Source of the DNA: PVC group bacterium
GTDB taxonomy: Bacteria; Omnitrophota; Gorgyraeia; B26-G9
NCBI GenBank assembly: GCA_024231215.1
Contig: JAAEQR010000206.1
Coordinates: forward strand, 3,112 to 67,111
Reading direction: 5' to 3'
Length of the DNA: 64,000 nt
Shown here: piece after piece, positions 8,880-19,750 of the stretch
Layout of the letters: every line of letters begins with the position of its first letter
How positions within the stretch are numbered: the first letter of the stretch is position 1
The notes under the pieces: generated by a model
Seen by the model: only the letters and a program-made list of their open reading frames with translations
Databases searched by the model: none
Told to the model about the DNA's origin: nothing
Program-made: the position numbers and the translations under genes

Positions 8880-10934
8880 ATGCCAAACATAATGAGAGCA
8901 GATTTTAGAGCAATAAAATCATCTGATTTTCAACGTGTGCAACAAATCTTCAAAGAACGTGAGGACGCACGTATATACCACCAAAGCAGCATAGACAGAG
9001 GTTTGAGGGCGTGGCGGTATTATTTTGCCCTTTCCGGGTATCAGTGGCCTGAAAAAGAGCTTGCTGTCTTGAAGGATGAGGACAGGCTACCATATCAATA
9101 TGATGTTATCTCACCAAAAATTAACACTATGGCCGGTGCAATTATAACTGATATGCAGGAGCCTAATTGGGTTCCTATCGAAGGCGAAAAGACTACAACG
9201 ACTGAAGCGGTCATTGATTGCTTTAGCAGCGACAAAGAATTAACTAATTGGGATCCGGTTATGGTCCAATGTGTTCTTGGTGGGCTAATCCATGAGTCGT
9301 GGATACAAATGATTGAGACCACTGAGTATAACCCTAGTGGAAATATCGGCTTAGAATATATACGAGATGGCTCGTTGATTACTGATTCGTATTGGAAAAG
9401 TAATAGTGACAAACAACTTAAAAAAGCATGGAAAAGCCAGTATTTTACCGCTGAAGGCCTTGCACATAAATATGACAAAATGAGCGACAAGATAAGGCAG
9501 GCAATTGAGCAAGAAAAAAAAGGTGTTGACGGTGCGCCTACAGATGCTGTAGAACAAAGACAAAAGTTTGCCGGAAAAGTTGGAGCTGAATATGAAGTTA
9601 TAGAGGAAATGTGGCTTGAAATCATAAAAACAAAACGCTTGGTAGGCAGAAAAGAGGGTGAGTTTAAAAGGATTCCATTTCCTGTAACCGACAACCGCGA
9701 ATATTTGGAATTGTTTGCCGAACAAAACGGCATTGATTGGGAGACCGTAGACGCAGAGCCTTATAATGATATTGTATATCACGCAACTGCTATTTGTCCT
9801 TCATTAGATCCGCACATAATACTCAATGATGAAAAGCCGCGAATCCAAGTTAAGAGATTGCCTATATTTCTTTTTACCACAAAAAGGCATGATGGTAAAA
9901 ATAAAGGACTTGTAGAATCTATAATGGATTTGCAAACCACTCTAAACAAAAGAGTTAATTTAGAATCGGAGTTGATTGATAAAGCTAATGGGGGAATGAC
10001 GATATTAAATGAAGACCTTTTCGATGGTGATACCATAAAAGAAGCTGAACTTCAAAAAAACCTTAACAATCCAAAAAAATCAATGTTTGCTCGTTTTACA
10101 CCGGGGGTTCCGACCAGAGAAGAAATAACTCCAAAACAATACCCTTCACAGATTATGACACAAATTGAGTTAATGCTTAATACGTTGCTGCCTATTACAA
10201 GTGGCGTTTCTGATGCGTGGAGTTCTGAGAGTTCACAAGGTGAAAGCGGAGTCCTTTATGAGCGTAAAGTCCAAATGAATAAAATCGGGACTCTTATAAT
10301 GGACAAAGCTGTTAAGCAATTAATTAATAATCTTGGCGAGGCCTATTATTATCAATGGCAAATAACATACGCAAAACTACCGCGAGAAATAACAAAGCGC
10401 GGCGGAAAAGAGAAAATAATTTTAAACGAGAGTTTGCCGGATGGTTCCATAAAAAACTCTGTTGAGTATACGCCTCGATGCAGGGTAATAGTTACAGAAA
10501 ATTTGCAGTCTTCTACGCAACAATTAAGAAAAAGAACTATGGCAACTGAAATGCTACCACAAATTAACCCAGAAACAAACCAGCTTACATTTCAAAAGTT
10601 TTTGGGGATGTTGGTAAAAAATGTTGATGGATTGTCTGATGAAGAAAAAGATGAGTTTGAAGAGACTTTGAAACTTGAAGAAGCGGTTGCCATGACATCT
10701 AATATCAATTTAATATCACAAAATATAGCTGCAACGAGTGGCGCGAGAGTAGCAAATGAACAAAGTCAAATGATGTTGGCTAAGATGGGCAATGAGCCAG
10801 GGGCCGGACAGGTTCAAGAGCAGATTACGCCTCCAGGTGAGCAGGTTCAGGATGTGGTTACGCCACCACCTATACAGCAGCCACAAGAAGCAGCGGCGGC
10901 GACAAGCCCAGATACAGAAGAGGTAACAATTTAA
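8880..10934 (+). CDS. putative portal protein (positional inference)
   Basis: 684 aa. It directly precedes the scaffold-like and capsid-like genes. Q/P-rich C-terminal tail. No motif verified. Confidence 0.35.
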   Translation: MPNIMRADFRAIKSSDFQRVQQIFKEREDARIYHQSSIDRGLRAWRYYFALSGYQWPEKELAVLKDEDRLPYQYDVISPKINTMAGAIITDMQEPNWVPIEGEKTTTTEAVIDCFSSDKELTNWDPVMVQCVLGGLIHESWIQMIETTEYNPSGNIGLEYIRDGSLITDSYWKSNSDKQLKKAWKSQYFTAEGLAHKYDKMSDKIRQAIEQEKKGVDGAPTDAVEQRQKFAGKVGAEYEVIEEMWLEIIKTKRLVGRKEGEFKRIPFPVTDNREYLELFAEQNGIDWETVDAEPYNDIVYHATAICPSLDPHIILNDEKPRIQVKRLPIFLFTTKRHDGKNKGLVESIMDLQTTLNKRVNLESELIDKANGGMTILNEDLFDGDTIKEAELQKNLNNPKKSMFARFTPGVPTREEITPKQYPSQIMTQIELMLNTLLPITSGVSDAWSSESSQGESGVLYERKVQMNKIGTLIMDKAVKQLINNLGEAYYYQWQITYAKLPREITKRGGKEKIILNESLPDGSIKNSVEYTPRCRVIVTENLQSSTQQLRKRTMATEMLPQINPETNQLTFQKFLGMLVKNVDGLSDEEKDEFEETLKLEEAVAMTSNINLISQNIAATSGARVANEQSQMMLAKMGNEPGAGQVQEQITPPGEQVQDVVTPPPIQQPQEAAAATSPDTEEVTI

Positions 10935-10947
10935 AAAGGATAGAAAT

Positions 10948-11292
10948 ATGAAAAAAGTAGATTTGTTTGAGAAATTGACCAAAAAACAGATGGTTGAATA
11001 TTACAAGGGCCTTCCTAAGCTTAGTGCGAACACAAAAGATAGTGGCGGCGAAGAGCTGAAAAAGCTAAAAGCAGAGAATGAAAAGCTTAAAGCCGACTAT
11101 GCACGATTAACGAATATGTATAATGAGTTGGGGTCTCAGGCAGATGACAAAGAAGTTGAATCTGTTAAAGAGGTTGGGAGTTTACGATTAAGTGATATTC
11201 ACGACGAAGATAAGTTAGTTGAAGAATTAAAAAAAGCTTGTGGAACAATTACAAAACTAAGAAAAAAATTGAAAAAAAGAAAAATTAAATAA
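10948..11292 (+). CDS. coiled-coil protein (114 aa), head-assembly region
   Basis: Heptad-rich, K/E-rich sequence between the putative portal and the scaffold-like gene. Confidence 0.4.
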   Translation: MKKVDLFEKLTKKQMVEYYKGLPKLSANTKDSGGEELKKLKAENEKLKADYARLTNMYNELGSQADDKEVESVKEVGSLRLSDIHDEDKLVEELKKACGTITKLRKKLKKRKIK

Positions 11293-11414
11293 ATCTGAAG
11301 TGGAGTTGGAAGAATAATCATACACCCCCGGCATTGACCGGAGATTGTTTGGAAGACAACACCCCCACAAAGAAAATTTAAACGAGGCTATAGAAAGCCG
11401 GAAAGAAGGAAAGA

Positions 11415-12764
11415 ATGGAATTTGGAAGCGAAGAAGAGAGATTGGTAGCTATTGACGAAATTGACTCAAGCAATCCAGAGGAAGAGGGGAAGCTTGATGA
11501 AATTATGAATGCAGATATTGTTGAGAAGAGAGCGGAAGAGGAAGCGGACGATCAAACCCCCGCACAATCTGAAGCTGAAACTCCAGCAGAGGAAACGCCA
11601 CCAGCAGAGGAAACGCCTGCGGCGGAAACTCCAGCAGAAGAAGCGCCGGTTGATCCCAAAACTTACACAATTTCAGAAGGTGATTTGCCTGAAGGTTATA
11701 ATACGCCTGGAAAAGCTTTCAAGACTTTGGGAGAACAGAAAGATCTTATTTCAAAGCAAGGCGAGAGAATTCAAAAGGACATAGAAAAGTATAGTACTCT
11801 TGAGGAAGAAAACAAAAGGCTTAGAGAACAAATAAATAAGCCTGTTGAAACACCGCAAGAACAAACGGGTTCGATTGATTCTAACAAAATAGTTGAAATA
11901 AGTGGCAAACTCAAAAAGGCCAGGGAGGAAGACCCATATTCTGTTGATGCTTTAAATCTGCAATTGGAACTTGAAAATGCACAGTTCCGGTATACGCAGC
12001 GAGTGGAGCAGGATGGCAGGAAGCAGTTTGATGAGTATAAAAATCTTCAAGAGCAAACAAAACAACAAGAAGAAAGAAATGCAGCAGTAGAAAGGGAATA
12101 TAAAGACATATCTGAATTTGCAAATGAGTACAAAAATGAGTTTGAGTTGTCGAGGCCAGCGAAAGAAGTAGACCGAGACTACCAGAATTGGGCGGAAAGT
12201 GTGGCAGCGCAATATTACAAAAAAAATACTAAGGATTGGAATGAAATAGGAGTGGCTTTGAAAAATTTAGAATTAGGCTCCCCCACCTTAGTAAATAATT
12301 GTAAGTCTGCCAATGTTCCAACCGAAGCGCCTACTCAGGATGTAGCTAATTATATCAAAATATGTGAGGTAATGGCTTACAGAGAAGGTGTTAGGACAAA
12401 CCAAGATGGTTCAACTTATCGATTAACAAGATATGATCCTGTATTAGGGAAAGATATACCTGATAGATTCCCAAATCTTAAAGCTGCGTTCGAAGATAGA
12501 AGGGTGAGGGGCGGCTATTATAAACAACAGGCTGCTGAAAAATTTGATGAAGGAGTTAAGGCACAGCGAGCGGCATCACAAAAAAGAGATACTAATGTAC
12601 TTAGTAACGATTCAGATGCAAAAGCTGGCGGTGCACGAACTTTGGCGCAAATTGATCAAGATATAAGAAATATATCTCCCACACCCGAAAACGAAGAAAA
12701 ATTAGATCAGCTTTTAGAAGAGGCAAGATCTTTTACTAAGAGCGCTCAAGGAAGCGTCAAATAA
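11415..12764 (+). CDS. putative scaffolding protein
   Basis: Highly acidic, low-complexity N-terminus (EETPAEETP repeats) and long coiled coils. It sits immediately upstream of the capsid-like gene. Confidence 0.4.
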   Translation: MEFGSEEERLVAIDEIDSSNPEEEGKLDEIMNADIVEKRAEEEADDQTPAQSEAETPAEETPPAEETPAAETPAEEAPVDPKTYTISEGDLPEGYNTPGKAFKTLGEQKDLISKQGERIQKDIEKYSTLEEENKRLREQINKPVETPQEQTGSIDSNKIVEISGKLKKAREEDPYSVDALNLQLELENAQFRYTQRVEQDGRKQFDEYKNLQEQTKQQEERNAAVEREYKDISEFANEYKNEFELSRPAKEVDRDYQNWAESVAAQYYKKNTKDWNEIGVALKNLELGSPTLVNNCKSANVPTEAPTQDVANYIKICEVMAYREGVRTNQDGSTYRLTRYDPVLGKDIPDRFPNLKAAFEDRRVRGGYYKQQAAEKFDEGVKAQRAASQKRDTNVLSNDSDAKAGGARTLAQIDQDIRNISPTPENEEKLDQLLEEARSFTKSAQGSVK

Positions 12765-12782
12765 TTATTAATTGAGGATATT

Positions 12783-14024
12783 ATGGGAGTATTAAATACA
12801 CCCCCGCAGTTAGCAAACGCTAGTTTGATTGCGGGATTTGATAAGAAATTGCAGATGAAATCTTCTCTACTGGATATATATGAGAATTCTTCTGGTATGT
12901 ATGTTATGGAGAATAAGAAAATACCAAATGCAATAAGAATGATGGTTGACCAGAAAGTGGCAGATAAAAATAATATAACCATTACCTTTACAGGTGAATT
13001 GCAAGGGTTAGGTATATATGACCTAACCAGGGCACGAGGGTTGGAAAGGTATCCGATAACAAAGTCTGTTACAGTATATAGAAATATTGTCAGGAAAGTT
13101 GTTGGTGAGCCTGGGTATGGCCCTGATGAGCTTGACGCAAAACCTTATGGTCTGTATGAACAGTGGATAGACCAGTTAGGTGAATGGAACAGGCAGCATC
13201 ACGGCTTAAGTCTTAGACAGTGTGTTTTGGAGCAATATGGCGAGTCTTTGCAATATGGAAGAACGGCAGCTTTTTGCCCACGCAATTGGACACCTAATAT
13301 TTTGGTTGCAGGCCGCTCGCTGAGAAATATGCAAGTACCTTACCAAACTAATAGGGCTACCTATACAACTAATATTGTTAATGCTATTTTTGCAAGTGGC
13401 GCAAACAGCCTAACTCCATTAGTTACTCAAACTCTAAATATGCCAAACCTATCCAACGCACAAAACGCATGTTTGGGTATGCGAATAGAGAAACTTTCAA
13501 TTCCTGGCTTTAGTGCCGGTGGTTGGATTTTAACTATGAGTGAGCTGCAGGCGACCTATTTAACTGATCCGGTTTGGAGCACTCGGAATTTAGGAAGTCA
13601 GTACATGCAGTTTAACGACTTAAATGAAAAAGTTCAGAACTGGTATGGCGTAATGGGCCGATACAAGGATTTTCTCTTGGTTCAAGATATTCTTCAGCCT
13701 ACGTTGATCATATCTGGAACTTCTGCTCCCTGGGGTATGACGGCAGGTTATATGTATCCTGGCACTGATGACGACAGGGAGAGAGACGATGATGACACCA
13801 GAGATACGGCAAATATCTTAGGAAAAGCAGCCGTTATTGATTGGAACCCTCAGAAACTGCATCACATTAGTGATGACGACGATTATAAAATTACTCTGGG
13901 TCACGGAACGTCTCTTGTAGAGGGTGTTTCGCAGCCTATTTACGATGATGAGGCGCCGCGTTTTGGTTCTCATGAGCAATACACGTCTGCTGTAATGATT
14001 TGTGGATTGCCGGATTATGTTTGA
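12783..14024 (+). CDS. putative major capsid protein
   Basis: 413 aa ORF following the scaffold-like gene, with a strong SD (GAGGATATTATG). Acidic insertion DDDRERDDDDTRD. Positional inference only. Confidence 0.4.
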   Translation: MGVLNTPPQLANASLIAGFDKKLQMKSSLLDIYENSSGMYVMENKKIPNAIRMMVDQKVADKNNITITFTGELQGLGIYDLTRARGLERYPITKSVTVYRNIVRKVVGEPGYGPDELDAKPYGLYEQWIDQLGEWNRQHHGLSLRQCVLEQYGESLQYGRTAAFCPRNWTPNILVAGRSLRNMQVPYQTNRATYTTNIVNAIFASGANSLTPLVTQTLNMPNLSNAQNACLGMRIEKLSIPGFSAGGWILTMSELQATYLTDPVWSTRNLGSQYMQFNDLNEKVQNWYGVMGRYKDFLLVQDILQPTLIISGTSAPWGMTAGYMYPGTDDDRERDDDDTRDTANILGKAAVIDWNPQKLHHISDDDDYKITLGHGTSLVEGVSQPIYDDEAPRFGSHEQYTSAVMICGLPDYV

Positions 14025-14081
14025 TGTTTTGTTGGGGAGGGCTCGCCTCCCCTTTATTAACCTAAAAGGAAGGTATTAAAA

Positions 14082-14777
14082 ATGAGTGTTAGCTATGGAA
14101 ATGAAGCAGATGCAAAGTTTGAGAAAAGACAAAAAACTGCAATAAGAAGGAAAAGGAAGCATGTTAAATTGATTTTAGCGCCACATCAATCAGCAATGAA
14201 AAGGATAGCAGGCATTGAGTCTTTAAATGCTTTTGAGCGCTATGATAGAAAATCCAGCCAAAACACATGGGAATTTACAGAGACGGGGGCGGGACAAATC
14301 AGATGGGAAATAGACGAAAACGAAGAATATTCGACTTGGATACTATATAGTGAAAACAATAAAATGTTCCTTGCATCTCATTATTTGGCCAATATGTGGA
14401 TAATTGACGATCCTGTGATAGATAGGGAAATAAAAAAGCTTCATGAAAAAATGGCAAAAGGGATTAAGATAAAACAGGAATGTAGCTCAAGTTTGTTAGC
14501 TGAAATCAATGAGTTGACCGACGAATTAAAAGACAATGTCTCCGATAGAGAGGCGGCCCGAATACGCGCAAAGCTTTTGAGGCTAACAACCGAATTTCAA
14601 AAAGAGTGCGAGGGTGATGTCGTCGCCAAACCCTCAGATAGGTTGGGGTTTTTAAAGAGGCAGCTTAAAAGAGGTGGTTTATCCGAAACAAAAAGAACGG
14701 AATATGAGAGAGAGCTATCTCAACTAATTAATAAAAACGACAAAAAACCAGAAGAAAGCATTGTAACGGTAGAATGA
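14082..14777 (+). CDS. hypothetical virion/assembly protein (231 aa)
   Basis: SD-like AAAGGAAGG upstream. Lies within the structural module. Confidence 0.45.
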   Translation: MSVSYGNEADAKFEKRQKTAIRRKRKHVKLILAPHQSAMKRIAGIESLNAFERYDRKSSQNTWEFTETGAGQIRWEIDENEEYSTWILYSENNKMFLASHYLANMWIIDDPVIDREIKKLHEKMAKGIKIKQECSSSLLAEINELTDELKDNVSDREAARIRAKLLRLTTEFQKECEGDVVAKPSDRLGFLKRQLKRGGLSETKRTEYERELSQLINKNDKKPEESIVTVE

Positions 14778-15478
14778 ATACATATGAGTTTTTGAATTTA
14801 TTAGAGCTTAATACAGATGCAAATGGAATGCCTCGTGATGGGGATAATTCGTTGTTGTTTTTTACTAATCAGGCAATATCTTTATTAGGCCATTCACCAA
14901 CACAACAAAATATAGTTTTTGACGAAAATACTGGCCGCCTTCCTTTGTTAGCTACAAGGGAAGGCGTGTTTAGGTATGAAGCTCCAAATAATTATTGGAG
15001 AATAGAAGGGGTGCTGGTTGAATTTGGGGTACAGTGGAGCTTAGACAGTAGCGCTTTACCGACAACTGATTATGGAATATACACAAGAACCGGTGATGAA
15101 AACAAGGTAAAATATGTTACTATAGCTGGTGTAAAATATATAAGAATTCCATATATACGCTCACATAATGCAGGTGACAATAGTAATGCTTATATTGTTT
15201 TTACTATTGATCCGGGAACGACAGAAGAGATATACAGGTGGTTGGCTTACGAAATACCAACGGATGTATTATCAGATTCTATTCCATTGCCTATTGCACC
15301 GCCATATGATATGAGATTTCTGTTTCCTGCGACATTAGAATTGATACGAGGTTCTAAGTCTGGTGATATTTCAAAAGCTATAGAATATATAACAGAAAGA
15401 TTAAGTGTAAAATATAATAGAGAATTAAATAAAGGAGAACAGGGCGAGGACTCTGACACAGTTGATAGAGGGTTTTAA
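14774..15478 (+). CDS. hypothetical structural protein (234 aa), possible tail tubular/adaptor
   Basis: ATGA overlap with the upstream gene. Its position after the capsid gene matches podovirus tail tubular A. Inference only. Confidence 0.4.
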   Translation: MNTYEFLNLLELNTDANGMPRDGDNSLLFFTNQAISLLGHSPTQQNIVFDENTGRLPLLATREGVFRYEAPNNYWRIEGVLVEFGVQWSLDSSALPTTDYGIYTRTGDENKVKYVTIAGVKYIRIPYIRSHNAGDNSNAYIVFTIDPGTTEEIYRWLAYEIPTDVLSDSIPLPIAPPYDMRFLFPATLELIRGSKSGDISKAIEYITERLSVKYNRELNKGEQGEDSDTVDRGF

Positions 15479-17634
15479 TGCGGAAATTGTTGTGTCCCAC
15501 TACAGACCAGACAGACAAAGTCGCCCAGGATGATAGGGTTGAGTATTTTGCTCATGGTATAATTAAAGATGCGCCAGCATCTAAAATACCAAAAGGCGCG
15601 CTGTCAGATGGTTTTAATATTAGTACTTATCCCTCAGAAATAATAGGTCGCACTGGATCAGAGTTATATACCACAGAAGAAATTCCAGCAATACCAAGCT
15701 ATACAGGAATAACAGCTTACAAAATCGGCAATAGAATTATTGCAATGACTCCAATCTTTTTGCGGTTGCATGTGTCTAATTACTTTGTCTGGCCTGTTGA
15801 TGAAGATAATTTCGAACATGATGAAATAATACAATATGTTTCCACAACTGAAGTAGTTACGAAATTGTCTGGTGACAGAGAATTAACTCCATTTTGTTAC
15901 ATTAGAGGAAAAAACAATCAATTTGGGTTTCACAAGCAACGAAAAAAATGGGTGCGACAATTTTGGCGGAAATATTATTATTCTGACATAGATATGGATG
16001 ATTTTGAAGAGTCTATAATAATATCAAGAGATGTTCCAGCTAATTCCAAAAGTCATTATCAAGATTTAGATGATAATGCAGCGGCTTCATTTAATAGCAA
16101 TGGAATATTTAAGATTAGTTTCAAAGAAAGCCCATCCATAGCATATAAAATTAATTGCCCTGTGCCAAACACACCTATAGCACCAAAGCCAAAAACAGGA
16201 AACAGTGAGCACTCTTATAGGTATTGGTATTCAGCGGCTATATTAAGCGGAAACGACGTATTAAGGTCAAGGCTGGATAAAATAAAGATAGAAAGTGAAA
16301 CCGGAACCAATGATGAGGACCTGGAAACAACTGATGCAGGATTAGATGAGTTATGGACAAATAATGTCATTTCAACCTCTAACCCCAATGTTGTTGGTCC
16401 GCTATGGGTGCCTATTGTGCCTAATACTGATCCCCAGGAATACCAGTGGCATTATTCACACTATCCAATTTATCGTACTTTAGATATTCAAGGACGTTTA
16501 GAAGATCCTTATTACCGGGAATACAATGACCCAAATAGAGCGGTTTGGGCGCATGATTTAAGAATATCGGGGGCCTTTTATGCATATAAAACAAGAGGGT
16601 TAATAATAGCTGAGGTTGGTTTTTTTGAGATTGCTGATGTAGGTAGTACAATAGAAGACGAAGAAGGCAATAGAGATGAAATACTTGAATACATTAGCTC
16701 AAGAGTAGTAAGATATATGGATGTGGGGGAATACGACTACTTAGAAGAATCGCCTTTAATGGCGTACGCTATTGGAAATGGTAGGGTTATAAGGGCAAGC
16801 CAATCCGGTAATTTGGTTACACGTACAAATGGTGATACTTTTACAAGTGCAGACGTAAGAAAAACCCTTCAATGGGCTAATGGCTATAGAAATTATATAG
16901 TTGAAATAATTTCTGGAAATGTGGTTAGAGTTAGTGATGAAGTAGATAAAGAAACACAAGGCGTGACACTTGACCCACGTTATAGATATTTTAATGATAC
17001 AGTTACAGACGATCAGTTAAAATCAAGATTGCCGTACCCTACCCTTCTTTTAAATCATAGATTTTGGCAGCCTCTGCCTAATTGTAATATAGGCGTTGTC
17101 TCAGACGGGTTTATGACGGTAGCAATTCGAAACCAAAACATATATTATTATAGCCAGATATCCCAGGGTCTGGAATATACGGTAGGGTTTTACCATCCAA
17201 CAATTCAACTATCACGAACAATAAAAGATGATATTCAACTGTTATGGGTTTTCCCAAATAATATAGTTGTATGGACATCAAACAAAACATATGCTATTCA
17301 AACTAATCAAGCGGACATAGTAGCGGTTCCTCACATAGGTGAAGCGGTGGCGACATTGCCAGGGGCACAAACTCTTGACGGAGACAAAGGGTGTTTCGAT
17401 TGGGGGAGTGTGCAAGACATTGGTAATGGTGAAGTTGTGTTGTTGACTTCAGAACCTGGATTAGTTGGAATAAGAATATTTAATGGTGTAACTTATGGTA
17501 ATAACAGAGCTTATATAGATGAGTTGGGAATGGGTAGATTGTCGAGATTATTAAACAGCATTCAGCATGCAACCACTGCTATATATAACGCTCATGACGG
17601 ATATTTGGTATGGGGGTATAGAGAAGATGATTGA
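15478..17634 (+). CDS. large structural protein (718 aa), possible tail tubular B/nozzle
   Basis: Stop/start overlap (TAATG) with the upstream gene. Size and position are consistent with a podovirus tail tube protein. Not motif-verified. Confidence 0.4.
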   Translation: MRKLLCPTTDQTDKVAQDDRVEYFAHGIIKDAPASKIPKGALSDGFNISTYPSEIIGRTGSELYTTEEIPAIPSYTGITAYKIGNRIIAMTPIFLRLHVSNYFVWPVDEDNFEHDEIIQYVSTTEVVTKLSGDRELTPFCYIRGKNNQFGFHKQRKKWVRQFWRKYYYSDIDMDDFEESIIISRDVPANSKSHYQDLDDNAAASFNSNGIFKISFKESPSIAYKINCPVPNTPIAPKPKTGNSEHSYRYWYSAAILSGNDVLRSRLDKIKIESETGTNDEDLETTDAGLDELWTNNVISTSNPNVVGPLWVPIVPNTDPQEYQWHYSHYPIYRTLDIQGRLEDPYYREYNDPNRAVWAHDLRISGAFYAYKTRGLIIAEVGFFEIADVGSTIEDEEGNRDEILEYISSRVVRYMDVGEYDYLEESPLMAYAIGNGRVIRASQSGNLVTRTNGDTFTSADVRKTLQWANGYRNYIVEIISGNVVRVSDEVDKETQGVTLDPRYRYFNDTVTDDQLKSRLPYPTLLLNHRFWQPLPNCNIGVVSDGFMTVAIRNQNIYYYSQISQGLEYTVGFYHPTIQLSRTIKDDIQLLWVFPNNIVVWTSNKTYAIQTNQADIVAVPHIGEAVATLPGAQTLDGDKGCFDWGSVQDIGNGEVVLLTSEPGLVGIRIFNGVTYGNNRAYIDELGMGRLSRLLNSIQHATTAIYNAHDGYLVWGYREDD

Positions 17635-17809
17635 CATTGAAATGTTTTTAGGAAATGCAACGGCAACACCTAGAGAGGGTGGTGCACCATTGGAAGTGCA
17701 GTTTGCGCCTGGAAACCCATATGATGTTATAATTGAAAAGACCAATGGTACTGAGTATATGATAGTAGAAAAAAGTGATTCAGATTATATAATAGTAGAA
17801 GGAAGGTAG
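17627..17809 (+). CDS. small protein (60 aa)
   Basis: ATGATTGA overlap with the upstream gene. Start at M17627 is preferred over the 17567 ORF start. Confidence 0.35.
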   Translation: MIDIEMFLGNATATPREGGAPLEVQFAPGNPYDVIIEKTNGTEYMIVEKSDSDYIIVEGR

Positions 17810-17812
17810 TGT

Positions 17813-19513
17813 ATGTCAGCAAATGAAATTGATATTCCTGTTGTTAGAAGGCATTTTTCAAACAGGGCAACTGGAGAAGCAGAAATTGAAGCAGGAATAA
17901 ACGGGACCGTATATAGGCAACAATGGATATATGCTGAAGATGACGATTATTTAGACATATTACGTTCCAATGGAAGCTGGAGAAGGATAGCGCCACATGC
18001 AGTATTAAGACCCGGCGGAACTGTTAGCGAGGTGCTTATTGCTGACGTGAATGATAATATAGGAATAAACACAACGCCAGATACTGAATGGGACCCTACA
18101 GCAAATGTAATACAGTTTGAGGAAGGCACCGGGGCTTATGCTGGTTCAGTAACTTCTATTAATGGCTCCATGTACTTGTGTCACAATTTGAGATATGACG
18201 ACACAGATAACAGATGGGAGCGGGGAGGCAATTCATGGGCTAACATGGTAATGATGACGGCTTCTAACGTCCAATTGTATGCGTTTGCAACTGGTGCTGC
18301 CGATAGTTTAGCAGACACAGCGGCCACTTCAACTAATGCACTAACTGTTTCTTCGGGTATTGGTACGTTTGTTAATCATAACGAAGGCGACCATAATTTC
18401 TCAGTTAATTACAACGGAGGAGGGGGAACACCTGCGTTTTATGTTGATGGTGGTACAGCTAATATAGGTATTAGAGATTTTCCAGATGCTGAATGGGACC
18501 CAAGCGCTTATGTAATACAATTTGGTGAAGGTGCCGGGACATATGGCGGGTCATTGGTTAGTATAAACGGCTCCATGTATTTGTCCCAAAACCTACGATA
18601 CGATGACACAGATAACCGGTGGGAGCGGGGAGGCAATTCATGGGCTAACATGGTAATGATGACGGCTTCTAATATACAACTGTATGCGTTTGCAACTGGT
18701 GCTGCCGACAGTGCGGCGGACACAGCGGCTGTTACAACAAATTCATTAACCGTTTCTTCTGCTGTCGGTACGTTAATAAATAGCAATGCAGGAGACCATG
18801 ATTTCTCAGTTAATTATAGTGGTGGCTCTGTGCCTTCTATTTTTGTAGAGGGTAGCACCGGGCTTGTTGGTAGTTTGACAGTAACACCATTTCTAGCCGT
18901 GGGTGGTGCTACCGGTGATTTTTATAGTGCTGGTGTCACATATGGAATGCATCTAAAAAGTGATACTGATGTTGGTGATCAGATTTATATGATTTTGGAG
19001 GGTGTTGGAGATGCTGCAAACGGAGCATCTGGTTTAAACGGGTGCCACTTGGTTTTTGCTACAAGAAATGGTGCCGCAAACCTGAAAATGTGTGAGTGGG
19101 TGTCAGGCGGTGGTTTGAGTATTTTCAGAGCATTAAATGATGATACGACAGTAAAGACGGCTGACATACTTGTTCTTGACTATGATGCTGGAAACGTAGG
19201 AATCGGAACACAAACCATTCAAGCGGCCTGTGTAAATAATTTAGCAATAAAAGAAGGGACGGCACCCGGCGGGGCTACTGCTGACCAAGGTTATATATGG
19301 GCACAGGATGACGGCGGAACCGCTGAAGTGTATGTGCAAGATGGAGCTGGAAACCAGCTTAAAATTAGTCCCCATAGTCAAGTAGGCGAGTGGGAATTTC
19401 AATGCAAAAACGTAAAAACAGGAAGAGTATTAAATATACAAATGGAACAACTGGTTAAATTTTTAGACAAGAAATTTGGAACGAAGTTTTTAACTGAATC
19501 ACAACCTTTATAA
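17813..19513 (+). CDS. tail fiber-like protein with internal 136-aa tandem duplication
   Basis: Two near-identical segments (DTEWDP...SVNYNGG and DAEWDP...SVNYSGG). Gly/Ala/Thr-rich beta-rich composition typical of fibers. Confidence 0.5.
   Translation: MSANEIDIPVVRRHFSNRATGEAEIEAGINGTVYRQQWIYAEDDDYLDILRSNGSWRRIAPHAVLRPGGTVSEVLIADVNDNIGINTTPDTEWDPTANVIQFEEGTGAYAGSVTSINGSMYLCHNLRYDDTDNRWERGGNSWANMVMMTASNVQLYAFATGAADSLADTAATSTNALTVSSGIGTFVNHNEGDHNFSVNYNGGGGTPAFYVDGGTANIGIRDFPDAEWDPSAYVIQFGEGAGTYGGSLVSINGSMYLSQNLRYDDTDNRWERGGNSWANMVMMTASNIQLYAFATGAADSAADTAAVTTNSLTVSSAVGTLINSNAGDHDFSVNYSGGSVPSIFVEGSTGLVGSLTVTPFLAVGGATGDFYSAGVTYGMHLKSDTDVGDQIYMILEGVGDAANGASGLNGCHLVFATRNGAANLKMCEWVSGGGLSIFRALNDDTTVKTADILVLDYDAGNVGIGTQTIQAACVNNLAIKEGTAPGGATADQGYIWAQDDGGTAEVYVQDGAGNQLKISPHSQVGEWEFQCKNVKTGRVLNIQMEQLVKFLDKKFGTKFLTESQPL
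18077..18835 (+). repeat. in-frame tandem duplication (2 x about 405 bp) inside the fiber-like gene
   Basis: About 85% amino-acid identity between the two copies. Both include the identical run RYDDTDNRWERGGNSWANMVMMTASN. Confidence 0.6.
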
Positions 19514-19531
19514 ACCCAATAGGAGGGAATA

Positions 19532-19750
19532 ATGAAAGACTCTAAGAGCAACAAAGCAAGTTTTGCAAAAAGCAAAGTAGCAGGTCAAAAGCCAGTAACA
19601 CCAGCGCAAAAAGGTACGATTGATTTATCGACAATTACGGATATAGACAAAATCAAGTCTATGATATTAGACATACTTGATCAAGTAAAATTGCTACAGC
19701 AACAAGAACAAATGCTTAGAAATAGGGCTGTACAATTGATGGGAAAATAA
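19532..19750 (+). CDS. small coiled-coil protein (72 aa)
   Basis: SD GGAGGGAATAATG. Possible fiber assembly/chaperone by position. Confidence 0.4.
   Translation: MKDSKSNKASFAKSKVAGQKPVTPAQKGTIDLSTITDIDKIKSMILDILDQVKLLQQQEQMLRNRAVQLMGK

Noticed and set aside
9095-9782. Antisense ORFs inside large + strand structural genes (also 27069-27701, 30611-31084, 31250-32488 and others)
   Set aside because: Shadow ORFs on the opposite strand of long, well-supported genes. Low-complexity translations with no ribosome-binding site.
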